DNA of 63,734 bases, filler included, from Diploschistes diacapsis (lineage: Eukaryota), in NCBI GenBank assembly GCA_023645945.1. It is 17 parts of 17 records of this genome, joined end to end, with 100 filler letters (N's around TTAATTAATTAA, not from the genome) between each part and the next. Parts side by side here need not be neighbours in the genome. Positions count along the whole stretch, not along the records: positions 51,788 to 54,103 come from JALAIB010002264.1; positions 54,204 to 56,514 come from JALAIB010002265.1; positions 56,615 to 58,925 come from JALAIB010002266.1; positions 59,026 to 61,330 come from JALAIB010002267.1; positions 61,431 to 63,734 come from JALAIB010002268.1; 12 more parts are not named here. One strand, written 5' to 3'. A program made the position numbers and the translations under genes. The notes beneath the pieces were generated by a model that saw only the letters and a list, made by a program, of their open reading frames with translations, was not told where the DNA came from and did no database searches. Each line of letters starts with the position of its first letter. Position 1 is the stretch's first letter. Positions 51,788 through 63,734 of the stretch are shown here, piece after piece.

Positions 51788-52346
51788 GTTATATAGTGGC
51801 CTAATATTATGAATAAACAAGAAATAAAGTTTAATTTCTACCTCGACAACTAAAGTTGAATATATTAGATTATTATATGCCGTAAAGTAGGCCGTATGAT
51901 ACGTATAATTCTTAAAAGATATATCTATACGTAAACTTTCGGTTTATTTTATCTCCCCCGTAATCTGTATTAAAATATCCTCATAATTTCAAAAGTTCAG
52001 GTTCAGGTTCAGTTAAGAACTAAACTTTCGTATCTTTAATTTTTCGAATATAACGAAGTAGTCCCTTAAGTGCATATAAATAATAAAAATGGGGGTTATT
52101 TATATACTGATTAAGTTTCTTAATTACGAAGGCAATATCTAATCTAATATAAATTATTATATGCATAATGCTGCCGATTATTTCTTAATATTAAATTCTA
52201 TCAATTAATGCAGGCGAGTCACTTTATTTAATACCGCTATATTTATTAAATAAAACCTTTTAACCTTTATACGTGTCCGTTACCATCTTAAACCGATCGA
52301 ACATCTTTGTAACATAAACTTTCTAATCAAAGTTTAACTAAACTAT
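51788..52346. mobile_element. Copia RT/RNase H fragments in opposite orientations, joined at ~51927
   Basis: 51788-51926 matches 49183 onward on the forward strand; 51927-52346 matches the reverse complement of ~48750-49167. Confidence 0.7.
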
Positions 52347-52582
52347 TATAAACACAAGGCGCGCTATCTAGGGAGACTTCCCTTGCTGTAGTAGGTAGAT
52401 GGTCGTAGGTGGTGTAATAGAGGAATATAGTATGATTTCATAATCAACAGCATACCTAGGTAGGACATTTGTGAGGTATAGGATGCATGAATTATCTAGA
52501 GCTACCTAGCAGACCTCCTTAAATAGAACTACCCTATAAAAACCACCCCTTATTAAAACTGCCGCCTACTTTTATATTTATA
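52347..52582 (-). repeat. LTR family D 3' LTR with poly-G PPT
   Basis: Followed on the + strand by TACGACCCCCCCCT, a PPT on the minus strand. Confidence 0.8.
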
Positions 52583-53517
52583 TACGACCCCCCCCTTTAA
52601 TAGTTCGCTGTCCTATAACGAACTCCACATAAATCTTATTAACAGGAAATCTCTATCCCTCTATCTCTATACCCCAATATAATCCTATATTTTTCCGATA
52701 ATTAAAATACCCAGAAACTTATCATCCTTAATACTCCTTTCTCGACGTAAGCGTGCTTTTGGACCTATCCTCCTATATTTTATTCTCATAAATACAGCTA
52801 GACAGAAAGACGGTATTTATTTAAAAACATCTTTATCTCCGACTATATTTATATTATCCGTAAATACTCCGCCCGACAGATATAATTAATAATACGTCTT
52901 ATAACCTTCTTCTTCTTCCTTCATCTTCCTTCCTCTCGTCACGATCAGCAAGAAGTTAATTATAAATAAATAAATAGAAAAACAAACAAGCAAATAAATC
53001 ACATAAAAAAACAAATAAGTAAATCAGGCGGAAAAGCAAGAATACTATAAAACTAATAAATAAAATAAATAACCGCTTAAATAACAGATAGTACCTTATT
53101 ATAGGCCCTTAGGGCCTTATAATACTAATTTCGACTTCTAGTTATATAATTTTTAATCAATACGGTTCTATTCTTTCTTAAGTTTTCTCTATGTTTCTTC
53201 CTTTTTATTTATAGTTTAGATATTTATAGATTTATTTTTAATGTTTAATCCTTAATCCTATTTCGTCTTTATTTTTTTATAAAATCTTTTCCGTTTTTTT
53301 CCTTTTTATCTTTTCTGGACTCTACTTTCTCTATACTTAGATCAAGGTCATCTACTTGATCTTCTTTTTCGTCCTTTTCTTCATCCAGGTCTAAATTCTC
53401 GTCCGGAAAAGATACTCGTTTCAAAGTCTTCTGAAAATTAGATTACGTTTGTGATAGAATAACGAAAAAACTTTTTTTTTAAGCATTAAAAGCGGAATAT
53501 TCTTTTTGGCGTATTAT

Positions 53518-53753
53518 TGTAAACATAAAAGTAGGCCGCAGACTTGGTGGGGGTGGTCCCCACAGGGCAGCTCCATTTAAGGAGGCCTGCTAGGTAGTTC
53601 TAGACAATCCAATGCATCCTACACCTCACAAATGTCCTACCTAGGTATGCTGTTAACTACGAGATCACATTACATTCACCTACTACACCACCTACGACTA
53701 CCTACCTACTACAGCAAGGGAAGTCTCCCTAGACAGCGCGTCTTGTATTTATA
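53518..53753 (+). repeat. LTR family D 5' LTR (least mutated copy)
   Basis: TGTAAACATAAAAG...GTATTTATA. Same downstream flank as the 14190 copy. Confidence 0.8.
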
Positions 53754-54529
53754 ATAAAGGTCAACCTAAGGATTTGTCTAAGGACCCTTCCACATCTTAC
53801 GAAAGGTAAGGAGAAGGTTACGATCTAAAAGCTCCAGATATAATAAAAAGACATTATTTATAAAAATATAAAAAAAAAAAGGAAGGGGGCATTTAATTGT
53901 TCTTAAATGGCCTACCAGCATTAAAAGGATAAAAAAATAGAATTTAATTAAGATATATTTAGAAGGTTAGGCTGCGAATAGATAAGATATTAAAAAAGAA
54001 TTAAAAATTAAAAATTATCGATATTAGAAACGATAAATATTATTAACTCGAGTTACTCGATATCGGATAAAAACTAAATAAATTAATCAGAATTACGCGA
54101 ATANNNNNNNNNNNNNNNNNNNNNNNNNNNNNNNNNNNNNNNNNNNNTTAATTAATTAANNNNNNNNNNNNNNNNNNNNNNNNNNNNNNNNNNNNNNNNN
54201 NNNAAAATAACGAATATAAATTGATCCCGAATAATAACTAAGGATGTCTATAAAAATGAACACGCCCTAAATTTATAAAGGCCATAACGACGTTCTTATA
54301 TAATTAACAGCTCCTTTAATAGAGTAAATAAATAGATAAATAAAACTACCGTTCTTTCTTTCTATTTACGACTGGATAAAATAATCTTTCAGACCTTTTA
54401 CTCATCACGTGACCCGTGTCACCCTGATTGGACTATATATAAGGAGTGGTTAGGAAGTGCCCGACTAGCTGTTGCGTGCCAAGTACTACCGACTAGTAAC
54501 TTGGATCGTAACAGTAACATATATCGAGA

Positions 54530-56460
54530 GTAATTTTTTTCCGCTTTTCTTAATCTATTTGATTAAGTTCTTTAAGCTTTTAAAACATTTTTTACTCTTT
54601 TAAGAACTCCGTTAGCCTTTTAGTAAATTAACGTGAGTGAATAAGAGAGAACGGGATCGATATTTTAACCGCCGTATATAGTTATAATTAATATCGGTAA
54701 GGTAAGCTATATTTTAATAATAATTAATATATTAACGTATATTTAGGAACCTTTGAGGGCATTAAAAGGTATCTTTTAATATCTTTTTTTTCGATAACAT
54801 TTCTTTCGGTTTCTTTCTCGTCCCGTTCCGTTTTTTCGTCGTCTTTTTATTTCTTTTCCGTCGTTTCTTTATCCTTTTTTTCGCGCGCCGTTCTTGTCGT
54901 TATCTTTCTCGTCCTCGCTTTCGTTTTTCCTTCGCGCGCTGTTTATTCGGCACGGCATTTATTGTTATACTTATATACAATTAATACTGTTTATTAAATT
55001 TTCGTTATCTCCCATTCGGGGGTTAGTTTTTTGAATAAATATTCGGGAAACTGTTTTATTAGAATAACGAAAACCTTTTTATCGATTAAACGGGGTTATA
55101 ATCGTCGATTAATGTCGAGCTTTCGCCGATAATTACGGAAAAGCTCGACGACGCGGTCGATAATACGTTATGCCATATTAACGAAAATAAGGCGCCTTCC
55201 GAAATCGACGTCGATTTAATAATAAAAACTTTTGATATATTAAATGTTATCGACGTTTAAATTAAAATAAGTTTGCGTATATAAATACATATATTAACGT
55301 TCTTTAAAAACTTAATTAGCGTCGAAATACGCTTTTTCCCTTATATTAAAAAACTCGCGAAGATCTCGCCGTTGCTTATAAAATTCCGTCGACGTCGCGG
55401 TTTTAATATATATCTAGATATAATATTATAGTTCCTCGGCGTTTTTTTTAAATCGTTTTAGTCGGAAATAGGCTCGGTATGTTTCGATAGTATATCATAT
55501 ATAGATTTATAATAGCTGGCTTTTGCTTATCGTCGTCGTTTATATCCTTATCGTTAATCCCTATTTGGTCGCCGCGTTGTTTCTTTTTTCTCCGATCGTC
55601 TTTATTATCGCTCGCGTCGTCGTTCTTATTTTTGTTATTTTTAACTCGGTTTTCTTTACGCGTATTTCCGTTTTAAATAACTCGGTTTCGATTACGCGGC
55701 GTATCGCCGTCGGTATATCTTACGTTACGGCGGTTTTAATTTATTCGGAAAATCTTTCGACCTTTATTCTCGTTTCCGCGGCTTATTATTCCGCGTTCGT
55801 TGTTGCGTGTCGTCCGGTGGCTACTTAACGGCGAATAAAAACGACGATTATGCCTTTAATTTGATCGAAAAGTATTAGACGGTATTATAGAATATCGTCG
55901 ATAAAAACGAATCGATCGAAATAAACGAATAATTAATTAAAAACTTCTTTTAATTCGTTAACGATAATTTAGAAAACGACGGGGAACGTCGTGCCGACGT
56001 TAATTATTTTTATCGTTATTAAAAAAAAATAGCGGTGTTTGTTAATATTAAAAATTACGTCGACTTAAACGGTAAAATCGGTAACGAACTTTCGCGCTAT
56101 AATAATAAAAACAGAATTTATAAAAAAGATTTACGATATTTCGGTTATATCTTTAAGTTCGTTACCGTTCTTATCCTAACGCCGCTTATATTTGGGATAA
56201 TAATATTATTTAATTTACTCAAAACATCTTAAAAGCTCCCGGGTCTCGGCAGTGACCCTTTTTTCTTTTATTAATATCGTTAAAGATTTATAAATATTAT
56301 AATAATTATTTTCCGATATTTCCGCGTCGTTTATATCGCTAAAGATGCTTTTCGTTTTTCGGAAAGAAACTTCTGCTCGCCGGAGTTATTTTATACGTTT
56401 ATCGACGTTCTTGCGTCCTAATTCTTGTTATTTATGTTCGGGAAAGGAAAAGGGATTATT
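54530..56460 (-). mobile_element. Probable RIP-degraded Mutator-like (MULE) transposase
   Basis: Minus strand gives YFDAN*VFKER.YVFIYTQTYFNLNVDNI.YIKSFYY, resembling the fungal MULE WxxKExxxxxxYTxxYxNLGxxxTQRxESxH motif. Heavily mutated. Confidence 0.45.
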
Positions 56461-56858
56461 AGTTAAAAGATGGAAATGTTATAAAATATAAATAACGAAT
56501 ATATATTCGCCGTTNNNNNNNNNNNNNNNNNNNNNNNNNNNNNNNNNNNNNNNNNNNNTTAATTAATTAANNNNNNNNNNNNNNNNNNNNNNNNNNNNNN
56601 NNNNNNNNNNNNNNATTTATATTCGTTACCTTTTATTAACATAAAGTATTATTTCAAAAATCAATACAGACCTATAATCGATTTACTTCTTCTCTTACCT
56701 CCACTCCTCTTCTATACGAGACCAAATCCACCTTGATCAATACCTCGTGTCTACCTTGTAGAGATAGAGATCATAACACCTACGGGTTTCAACCCTTAAA
56801 CTTATAAACGTTCAGGATGTTCCACTATCCCTCTTATCAAACGATTGCTATCCCCTAG

Positions 56859-56867
56859 CAACAAAAC

Positions 56868-56898
<31 letters not shown>

Positions 56899-56913
56899 AA
56901 AACAAAAATAAAA
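56859..56913. repeat. (CAAAA)n microsatellite
   Basis: Read directly from the sequence. Confidence 0.85.
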
Positions 56914-57691
56914 CCCTTTTCCTAGTTCGGATATCTACTTCTTTTATACCTTAATATCATACTCTTTTCGGCTTAATCTAGTCCTCTTTTCCTTTATTAT
57001 CTTTAATTCGTACTAAACACGTAGCAACGTGCCCGACCTTACTCTTCTCAAGTTTCGGCGTCGTAAATGGATACTATTAGACCAATAATACTGAAAACAG
57101 GCGACTCCCAGGACAAAAAGCGGTAATAATAGCAGCAATAATATGGCAGCAGAAATCGCTTTTGAAAGATAAAGAAATAAAGGTTTATTTATTGATGAAA
57201 TGAAGGTTCGATTGTTAAAAAATAAAATTTCGAAAGGTTCAAAGGAGGTATTCAACTTATATAAGACCCCAAGCTCTTTCATCGTAATTAATTAAATTAG
57301 ATCGTGGCTTCTGATTCGTCGATCTGCTTATCGTAAATTCTTAATAGGAGCTTTTCGTCGCTGCAAATAAGTGTGTCGTAGATCTATTACTACCAGGTTA
57401 TTCGTTTAGATAATATCTCATCGCGACAGATAAGACTAGATCTAGCACTTCAGCTATAATATAACTAAATACTGATTAGATCGATAGTTCTGATTGGTCG
57501 ATCTATTGCTTATCATAAAAGATTTTTCGTCGCTTTTGGGTGTCGTAGACCTTCATCTTTAAAAACGCGTCAGCTCTCGTAGGTAGTATTAGATAAAAGT
57601 AGATCTAGATTCTTTTCGTAAATAGGTAAATAATGTAGGCTGAATATTTTAAATCTTAAGCCGAGTAGGTAGGCCTGAAGACCTTTTCGAA

Positions 57692-58632
57692 TATAAAACG
57701 CCCCTACAGAAATAGGTGCTACATTACCTGGGGCTGAGCCTGATCCGGAAAGATTACGTATAACTAAGCATCTGTAGGCTGAATGGTTCAGATTTGAAAA
57801 GGTAAGGAAGAAACTATCTAGGTGGGAGGAGGGGACAAATAAATAGTGTGGGTGCCAGCCCTACCGCCCTACGGGGTTCAACCCTTGAACCCATAAACGT
57901 TCAGGATGTTCCAGATTATTTCGATTGATAATTTATTATTAATTTATTAATCACGTAATTACTGCTTACGTAAAAAACAATTGGTCTCGCCATCTTTGCT
58001 GGTTTCGCCAGTTTCGCCAGTTTCGTTATTTTTTGCCACGTTTTGCCAAAATATTTGACGAAAGTTGGCGAGTCGCTTAAACGCATTATCTATTGCCGGT
58101 CTCGCCGGTCTCGCTAGATTCGCGCCCTGCACAGGCTTTCGCGGTATTTCGCCGCCAAAACTTTTCGTGCTGTCTTAGCCACTACCATTAAGGGCCTGGG
58201 CACCTATCCACTTACTTTTAATATCTAGATTTTTACACATAACTAGCGGCAACGGCTACTTCCGTTTTTGAAAATTTGCGTCAGCGTTGATATCGGAAAT
58301 CGTTATTTAACCGCTTTTCTTTTTACGCCTAATTCGCATTTGTTTATTTTTCATCAAAATTTTAAATTTGAAGATTGATAAAATCATACATCGATATCTT
58401 TCTTGTCTTATGCATTTTTTCGCATGAGATTAAAACGCCAGCGCCGGAAAAGATACAACTACTACTATTAGAGGCTGGCATACTTTGAAGCAATCATATG
58501 TGTGGGTAGGCATCTGCAGGTAAAAGGTCTCATTTTGAAGCTGGGGCCTACACTATGTGGGGATGGCAGAGTATAACTATAATCAACCCTACACCGTTCA
58601 AACCCTGAAGCTCTGAACATTCGGCTTGTCTT
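57692..58632. repeat. Two diverged LTR family C-related copies (~57692-57912 and ~58431-58632)
   Basis: Both begin TAAAACGCC and share the GCATCTG...AAAAGG and CCCTAC blocks with 42464-42760. Confidence 0.6.
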
Positions 58633-59025
58633 ATTCTGCCTACTGTAAAATTGTGTAATATATTTGGTGGCGCCTTAGTGATGCATTCTACCTAGTTAAT
58701 GATGCATTCTGCCTAGTTCGCTGTGGCTCTGCCAGGTACTTAGATCTCTATATAATTTGCATACAATGCATATCACTTATAGAAATACGTGGAACTACAT
58801 AAAAAAAATAAAATTTAATTATTATCATGGCCATAAAAACTATATCGCAATAAAAAATAAATATTAAAGTATTAAAAGGTGCTTAAGTGCTTCAAAAACA
58901 GCTTAAAAGCGTGTTCTTAAACCTTNNNNNNNNNNNNNNNNNNNNNNNNNNNNNNNNNNNNNNNNNNNNTTAATTAATTAANNNNNNNNNNNNNNNNNNN
59001 NNNNNNNNNNNNNNNNNNNNNNNNN

Positions 59026-59291
59026 AATAAATATATTAAAATTTAGAAATCTTATTTTAGGAAATATTTTATTATATAGACTTTTATATTTCACGGGACT
59101 CGTTAAGTTTTATTATTTATATTATACCTGATCGGTTTAGTTAAGATTTCACCGGATTTTATAAGATTTAGTTAAACTAAACTGAACTGAACCTCGGTAA
59201 GTTCACCTGAACTGAGCTTCCCGGGTTCTCCCAGTGAACCTCTTGGAACAAGCCGAGCTCACAGCCATGCCTTCCGTCTGCCTGCTCAACA
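59026..59291 (-). repeat. LTR family A-related copy
   Basis: Ends GCCATGCCTTCCGTCTGCCTGCTCAACA, as at 4315-4343. Confidence 0.7.
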
Positions 59292-60617
59292 ATAATTCTA
59301 TTTTTAATTAAAGATGATTCCATGATCGTACGCGTAGAAAATTAATACAAAAGTTGAAAGTTCGTAAAATTGAATGAAGCGTGTCCGTTCGCTATGAGTG
59401 TCCGCTCGCTATGCATATACGTTAATCAAAGATGCGTTAAAATAGAATTATATGTATATCTAAGTCGATAATAATTCTGACGCCGTTATATTTATAAAAG
59501 TTAATGTTTAGTAAGTTAATATATTAAGATATTATAAATGGCATGATTACGTAATTATTGGATTTAATAATGTTATTCGTAATAGACTTAACGCGCTTAA
59601 AATAAAAAATAATAACGTATTAAACATAACGTACGTGAACGAAAAGCGATTAAATAAGATAATTTAAAACGAAGCGGATATCGAACGATTATAAAAAAAC
59701 TACTATCTAAATCGCGTTCTTTTATATATCGTTTAAAAGTACGATAAATTGATAGAAAAAAGTTAACTTAAGATAATATCGGAAATAAGCAAGATAGGCC
59801 TTAATGATCTTACGTATGAGGGTATTATAGTCGATCTTAAAATCGTTATTGGACAATAAGATGTTTTAATAATTAAATTTAAAAGATTATGGGTCATCCG
59901 TTTAACCAAATGGGGTACTTTAAATAATAAAGGGAATACGGGTCGAAAATGTCTTGATCATGAATTCCGTATATATAATTTTATTTTTTTTATAAATGGC
60001 TGGACACTGTATTAACCCAGTATTAAATACGTATGATAGTATTACTGTCTTTAGATTACCGTATTCGATAATTTCGGTTATTGTACGTCTTCTTTTTGAT
60101 TAATAATAAGACCGAGATTCGAAACGAAAATTATTCGGTTAAAGTTTAAATAATTTTAATAAATATATCATAGAACCGAGTTATTATAGGCGAAATATTT
60201 TTTTTAATAATAAAGTAAGGTATTATGCGAGGCCGGGTACGTCTTAAATAAAATACCGTAGATTTCGAGTTTAACGGCTTTAGGCGTACTTTTCGGTATT
60301 ATAACGGTTAATTTATATAGACTATATTAAATGATAAAGATATAGTTATAACTTATTCTCGAAATTAATAAAATAATTAAACCGAAGCCTTAGAGCGATA
60401 TTTACAACGTAAAGCGGGTGCCCAGCCTATATAAAACATAAATGTATAATTTAATCAGCGAGTTGCTTTTTTACAAGAAACTTTTTTTCGTTTAATAATC
60501 TTTTTTTCTTTATTTCTTTACCCGAACAGTACGAATATAATAAAAAGTCGATTAAGGAATTTATTCTAAATTATATTTTAATAATTTGATTATTTATTTT
60601 TACGAAATAGTTGTTAC

Positions 60618-61330
60618 TGTTGAGCAGGCAGGCTGAATGCATGGCTGGGAAGTTCAGCTAAACCTCAGGTTCAGGTTCAGTTCAGCTGAACCTATTAAGG
60701 TTCCTACTAATCCTAATCGGGAATAATACAAGTCTATAAAGCTTAATGGATCCTATTGGTATAAAAGCTTACATATAGATTATTCCTTCTAATAAAATCT
60801 CTAAATATCTAAACTTCAATACATACGTTACCCAAAAGATTATAAGCCCGGGTTAATTTACTATCCCGTCGCGTTTATATATTAAAAGTAATACCTCCGA
60901 ACAAATATTACCGTTATAACTACGAAATCCAATTACGCTACCTATTATAGATTAAATTAAAGAAATCTTAAAAACCTAAGATCTAAATCATAACACCTTA
61001 GGATAATTAGATCCAAAATAGAAGTTAAATTACTTATCAATAAAACGCGGGTACCGACTACGCTGCTCTAAAAGAACTAAATTAGCTAACCTAAGTCAAA
61101 ATTCAGGACCTAAGTTCAGGTTTACTTAATTAACACCCGAAAAACCTCCTCCTCGATAATCATCGAAACCCAACAGAATCCTATTATTACACCTATTCGA
61201 TCGTTCTCGATAAGTATCGAAATTCAATTAAACTCGCTAAACCTATTCGATTACCTTTATTTCTTCAATAAAAAACTTATAACTCTTTATTCTATTCATC
61301 AACGATTATGAGTCATTCATTCGTTAATCA
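60618..61330 (+). mobile_element. Third (diverged) family A element: 5' LTR, PBS and start of interior
   Basis: TGTTGAGCAGG LTR, then GATTATAAGCCC (RIP-altered GGTTATGAGCCC) at 60838. Interior homologous to 5341 onward. Confidence 0.72.
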
Positions 61331-61644
61331 NNNNNNNNNNNNNNNNNNNNNNNNNNNNNNNNNNNNNNNNNNNNTTAATTAATTAANNNNNNNNNNNNNN
61401 NNNNNNNNNNNNNNNNNNNNNNNNNNNNNNTTATTACGACGATTATATTTTCTTGTAAAATTTAAAAACGTATTTAATTAAAAATGACGCTAAAAGAAGT
61501 TTAAAACAACAGAAATATTTATTATAAAAAAATAACGGGTATCTTTTTAAAGAAATTAGAAAAAGAAATAAAAATCGAAATAAAAATTAATTAAAAAAGA
61601 ATATCGCGTTTATAAAAGATACAAACATCTAGAAAGGGGGGTAG

Positions 61645-61998
61645 TGAGACAGCCTAGCTCAGGAACCTGTCAAGCCACGGCAGGGTTAGTGCCCAAGGGC
61701 CTGCCAAGCTACGGCAAGGTTAATATCTAAGTGCTTGCCAAGACACGGCAGGATTAATATCTAAGTGCTTGCCAAGACACGGCAGGGTTAAAAGGTGGTT
61801 ATATAAATGGGTAGTTCCCGAACCTTAATAAATCTAACATCCACATTACTTAACGGTACCTTCCTCCCATTTAAATAATTTCTTTTTCAACTTTTCGAAT
61901 CGAGATCTTTTACCTACAGATACTCAAGCTACACTTAATCCTTCCGGATCAGGCCCAGCCCCCGGTAGAGTAGCATCCTTTCCTGCGCTGGCGTTTCA
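61645..61998 (+). repeat. LTR family C 3' LTR with PPT GAAAGGGGGGTAG, abutting Copia RNase H sequence
   Basis: TGAGAC...GTTTCA with internal ~32-bp tandem repeats (GCCAAG...CACGGCAGG). Confidence 0.8.
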
Positions 61999-62477
61999 CA
62001 CGCGAGGATTAACGATCGTTTAAAACACATCGACATTATTTATCATCACGTACGAGATCTTATTAAATAAAGACGTATTAAGGTATCTTATATCTCTACC
62101 GATAAAAAGATTATTAATAAATTTACGAAGCAATTAAATTACTCGAAACACTATACCTTTATTAAAAGACTCGGTTTAGTTTAAAAGATATCTAATTAAA
62201 CTATATAGACATGTCAGACGATTCCATTTATAAACGAATATTAAGTAAATAGATAAAAAGTATGGCTGGAAATTCGACTGAATTTTAAAAAAAGATTTAA
62301 TTCAACTGAATTCCGAGGTTTAATTCAGCTGAACCTTCTGGAATTCTAACTAGACCGATTAAGGAATAGTATAAATAATAAGACTTAACGTATCCTGCGA
62401 GGATAAAAGTCTGCAAAGTAGGATAACCTCCTAGACAAGACCTCTAGACTTCAATATATGCATTACGTTGCCAAACA
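61999..62477 (+). mobile_element. 3' end of an autonomous-type Copia: RNase H C-terminus, 3' UTR and family A LTR (~62239-62477)
   Basis: KHIDIIYHHVRD...INKFTK (RIP-altered KHID...ADxxTK). LTR ends CATTACGTTGCCAAACA. Confidence 0.78.
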
Positions 62478-62815
62478 AATACTATGACCATATCTATCAT
62501 ATTACTGCGTATCGTTCCTTACAGTAAAGATCATTATTTAAACGACGCTCGACGGGTTTGTATTAAACGACGAATAACGAGCGATTTAATTATATAAGAA
62601 CGCGGTTATAGTTTTAAAAACCTTAAGGTATTTAGATCTTATATTATTCTTAACGATAGATTTATAATAATTATAATAAATATCTTTTATCATTAAACTT
62701 TCTTTTAAAAAGAGTTTTAAATTATAATTAATCTATCTTCTTCTTCTGCCTATATTCCTCTTCTATACGAGACCAAACCTATCTTAATCAATACCTCGTG
62801 TCTACCTTATAGAGA

Positions 62816-63292
62816 TAACGTGATTGACGGTCATCTGGGCCATCCCCCCATCTGGGCCACCTTACATTGCGATATTCATCATTCTTTCGGTTTTTCTCGA
62901 CAATGGCCGCTTCGCATCGAAATAACTCGATATTATTAAAATCGAATATTAACGATTATCTATAGGTTCTCAATTTTAAATAATATATTAATATTCAAGC
63001 GAGGGTTCGCGTATTTAAAGTTTCTCGATCGACCGTTATGGATCGATTTAATAAAAAATAATCTAATTTTAATAACTACGAATCGACTTAAATCTTCTTA
63101 AAAATAAAATAAAAATTAATACGATAAATTATACGTTTTATATAAATCAGCTTTCTTATATTATTTACGCTAATAATAAAAATAATTACAAAAATTCGAC
63201 GCAAAGAATCCGATTTATTTTAAATTTAAAAATCACGATCGTAAATCTTTAATCTATCGATAAAAATTAAATATCGCGATTTCGCAAACGAT
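62816..63292 (+). mobile_element. Fot1/pogo-like left end and degraded transposase N-terminus
   Basis: TA-ACGTGATTGACGG...GGGCCATCCCC...GGGCCACC, then ATG at ~62903 and an HTH-like VSRSTVMDR segment. Confidence 0.55.
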
Positions 63293-63734
63293 TGTTACGA
63301 TCCAAATACCAGACTTGGCACGTCCCAGCTTTGTTGTATATAGGTCAGTCACGGGACAGGGATCACGTAACATGCTTACTGCTCGCGTTCATTCTTATAA
63401 ACGGCGAGCAAGCTTTCGCCACCGTTCGATAATCGCGTTCATTCTTATAAGCGGCGAGCCTCGAGAATACCGCTCATTAAATTTACGATAAACGGCGAGC
63501 GAGCTAATTATATATAAGCACGACTTTACTTTCGTGAAAAAGAACGTGTTTATTCTTATAAATATCTTTAATTATTATTCGGGATTAATTTATTCGTTTA
63601 TTTTTATTATTAAAAAGCTTTCTTTTTAAAAATAATCTAAAACTTATAATTATTCTATCTTCTTCTTCTATCACATTTCTTTTCTAATAGAGACCAAACC
63701 CACCTTAACTTTACTCGTATATACCTTATATAGA

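Larger units (their letters stand above)
2340..61430. other. 16 artificial contig-joining linkers (N44-TTAATTAATTAA-N44, stops in all six frames) at 2340, 4772, 7202, 9630, 12057, 14484, 16910, 42000, 44426, 46849, 49270, 51688, 54104, 56515, 58926, 61331
   Basis: The same 100-nt N/TTAATTAATTAA/N block recurs. Intervening contig lengths fall steadily from 2332 to 2305 bp, apart from one of 24990 bp. Confidence 0.97.

Noticed and set aside
59292..60617. RIP-degraded coding-like region between two outward-facing family A LTRs
   Set aside because: The LTRs are in opposite orientation so do not form one element, and no diagnostic motif could be read.

Overview
Filamentous ascomycete (Pezizomycotina-type) genomic DNA. 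The window is not one locus: it is 17 contigs joined by 16 artificial 100-nt linkers (N44-TTAATTAATTAA-N44). One 25-kb gene-rich contig (17010-41999) carries intron-containing genes: a diverged pair of F-box-like hypothetical genes (one pseudogenised), an MFS transporter, a secreted membrane-anchored arylsulfotransferase (ASST) divergent from a P-loop sulfotransferase-family gene, an auxin-efflux-carrier-family transporter, an aldo-keto reductase, a second MFS and adenosylhomocysteinase (SAH1). The 16 contigs of about 2.3 kb are mostly AT-rich, RIP-mutated transposon debris (Ty3/Gypsy, Ty1/Copia, pogo/Fot1, probable MULE, five LTR families, a TIR element). Two of them hold non-TE genes: a His-Cys box (I-PpoI-like) endonuclease ORF outside any rDNA or intron context, and a DUF3328/UstYa-like oxidase with one RIP-type stop. 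Also notable: a complete 1.27-kb TRIM-like mini-retrotransposon with TSD, PBS, PPT and a traceable Copia parent, and PacC and CpcA/Gcn4 motif arrays around the sulfotransfer genes. All calls come from motif recognition by eye; no database search was run.
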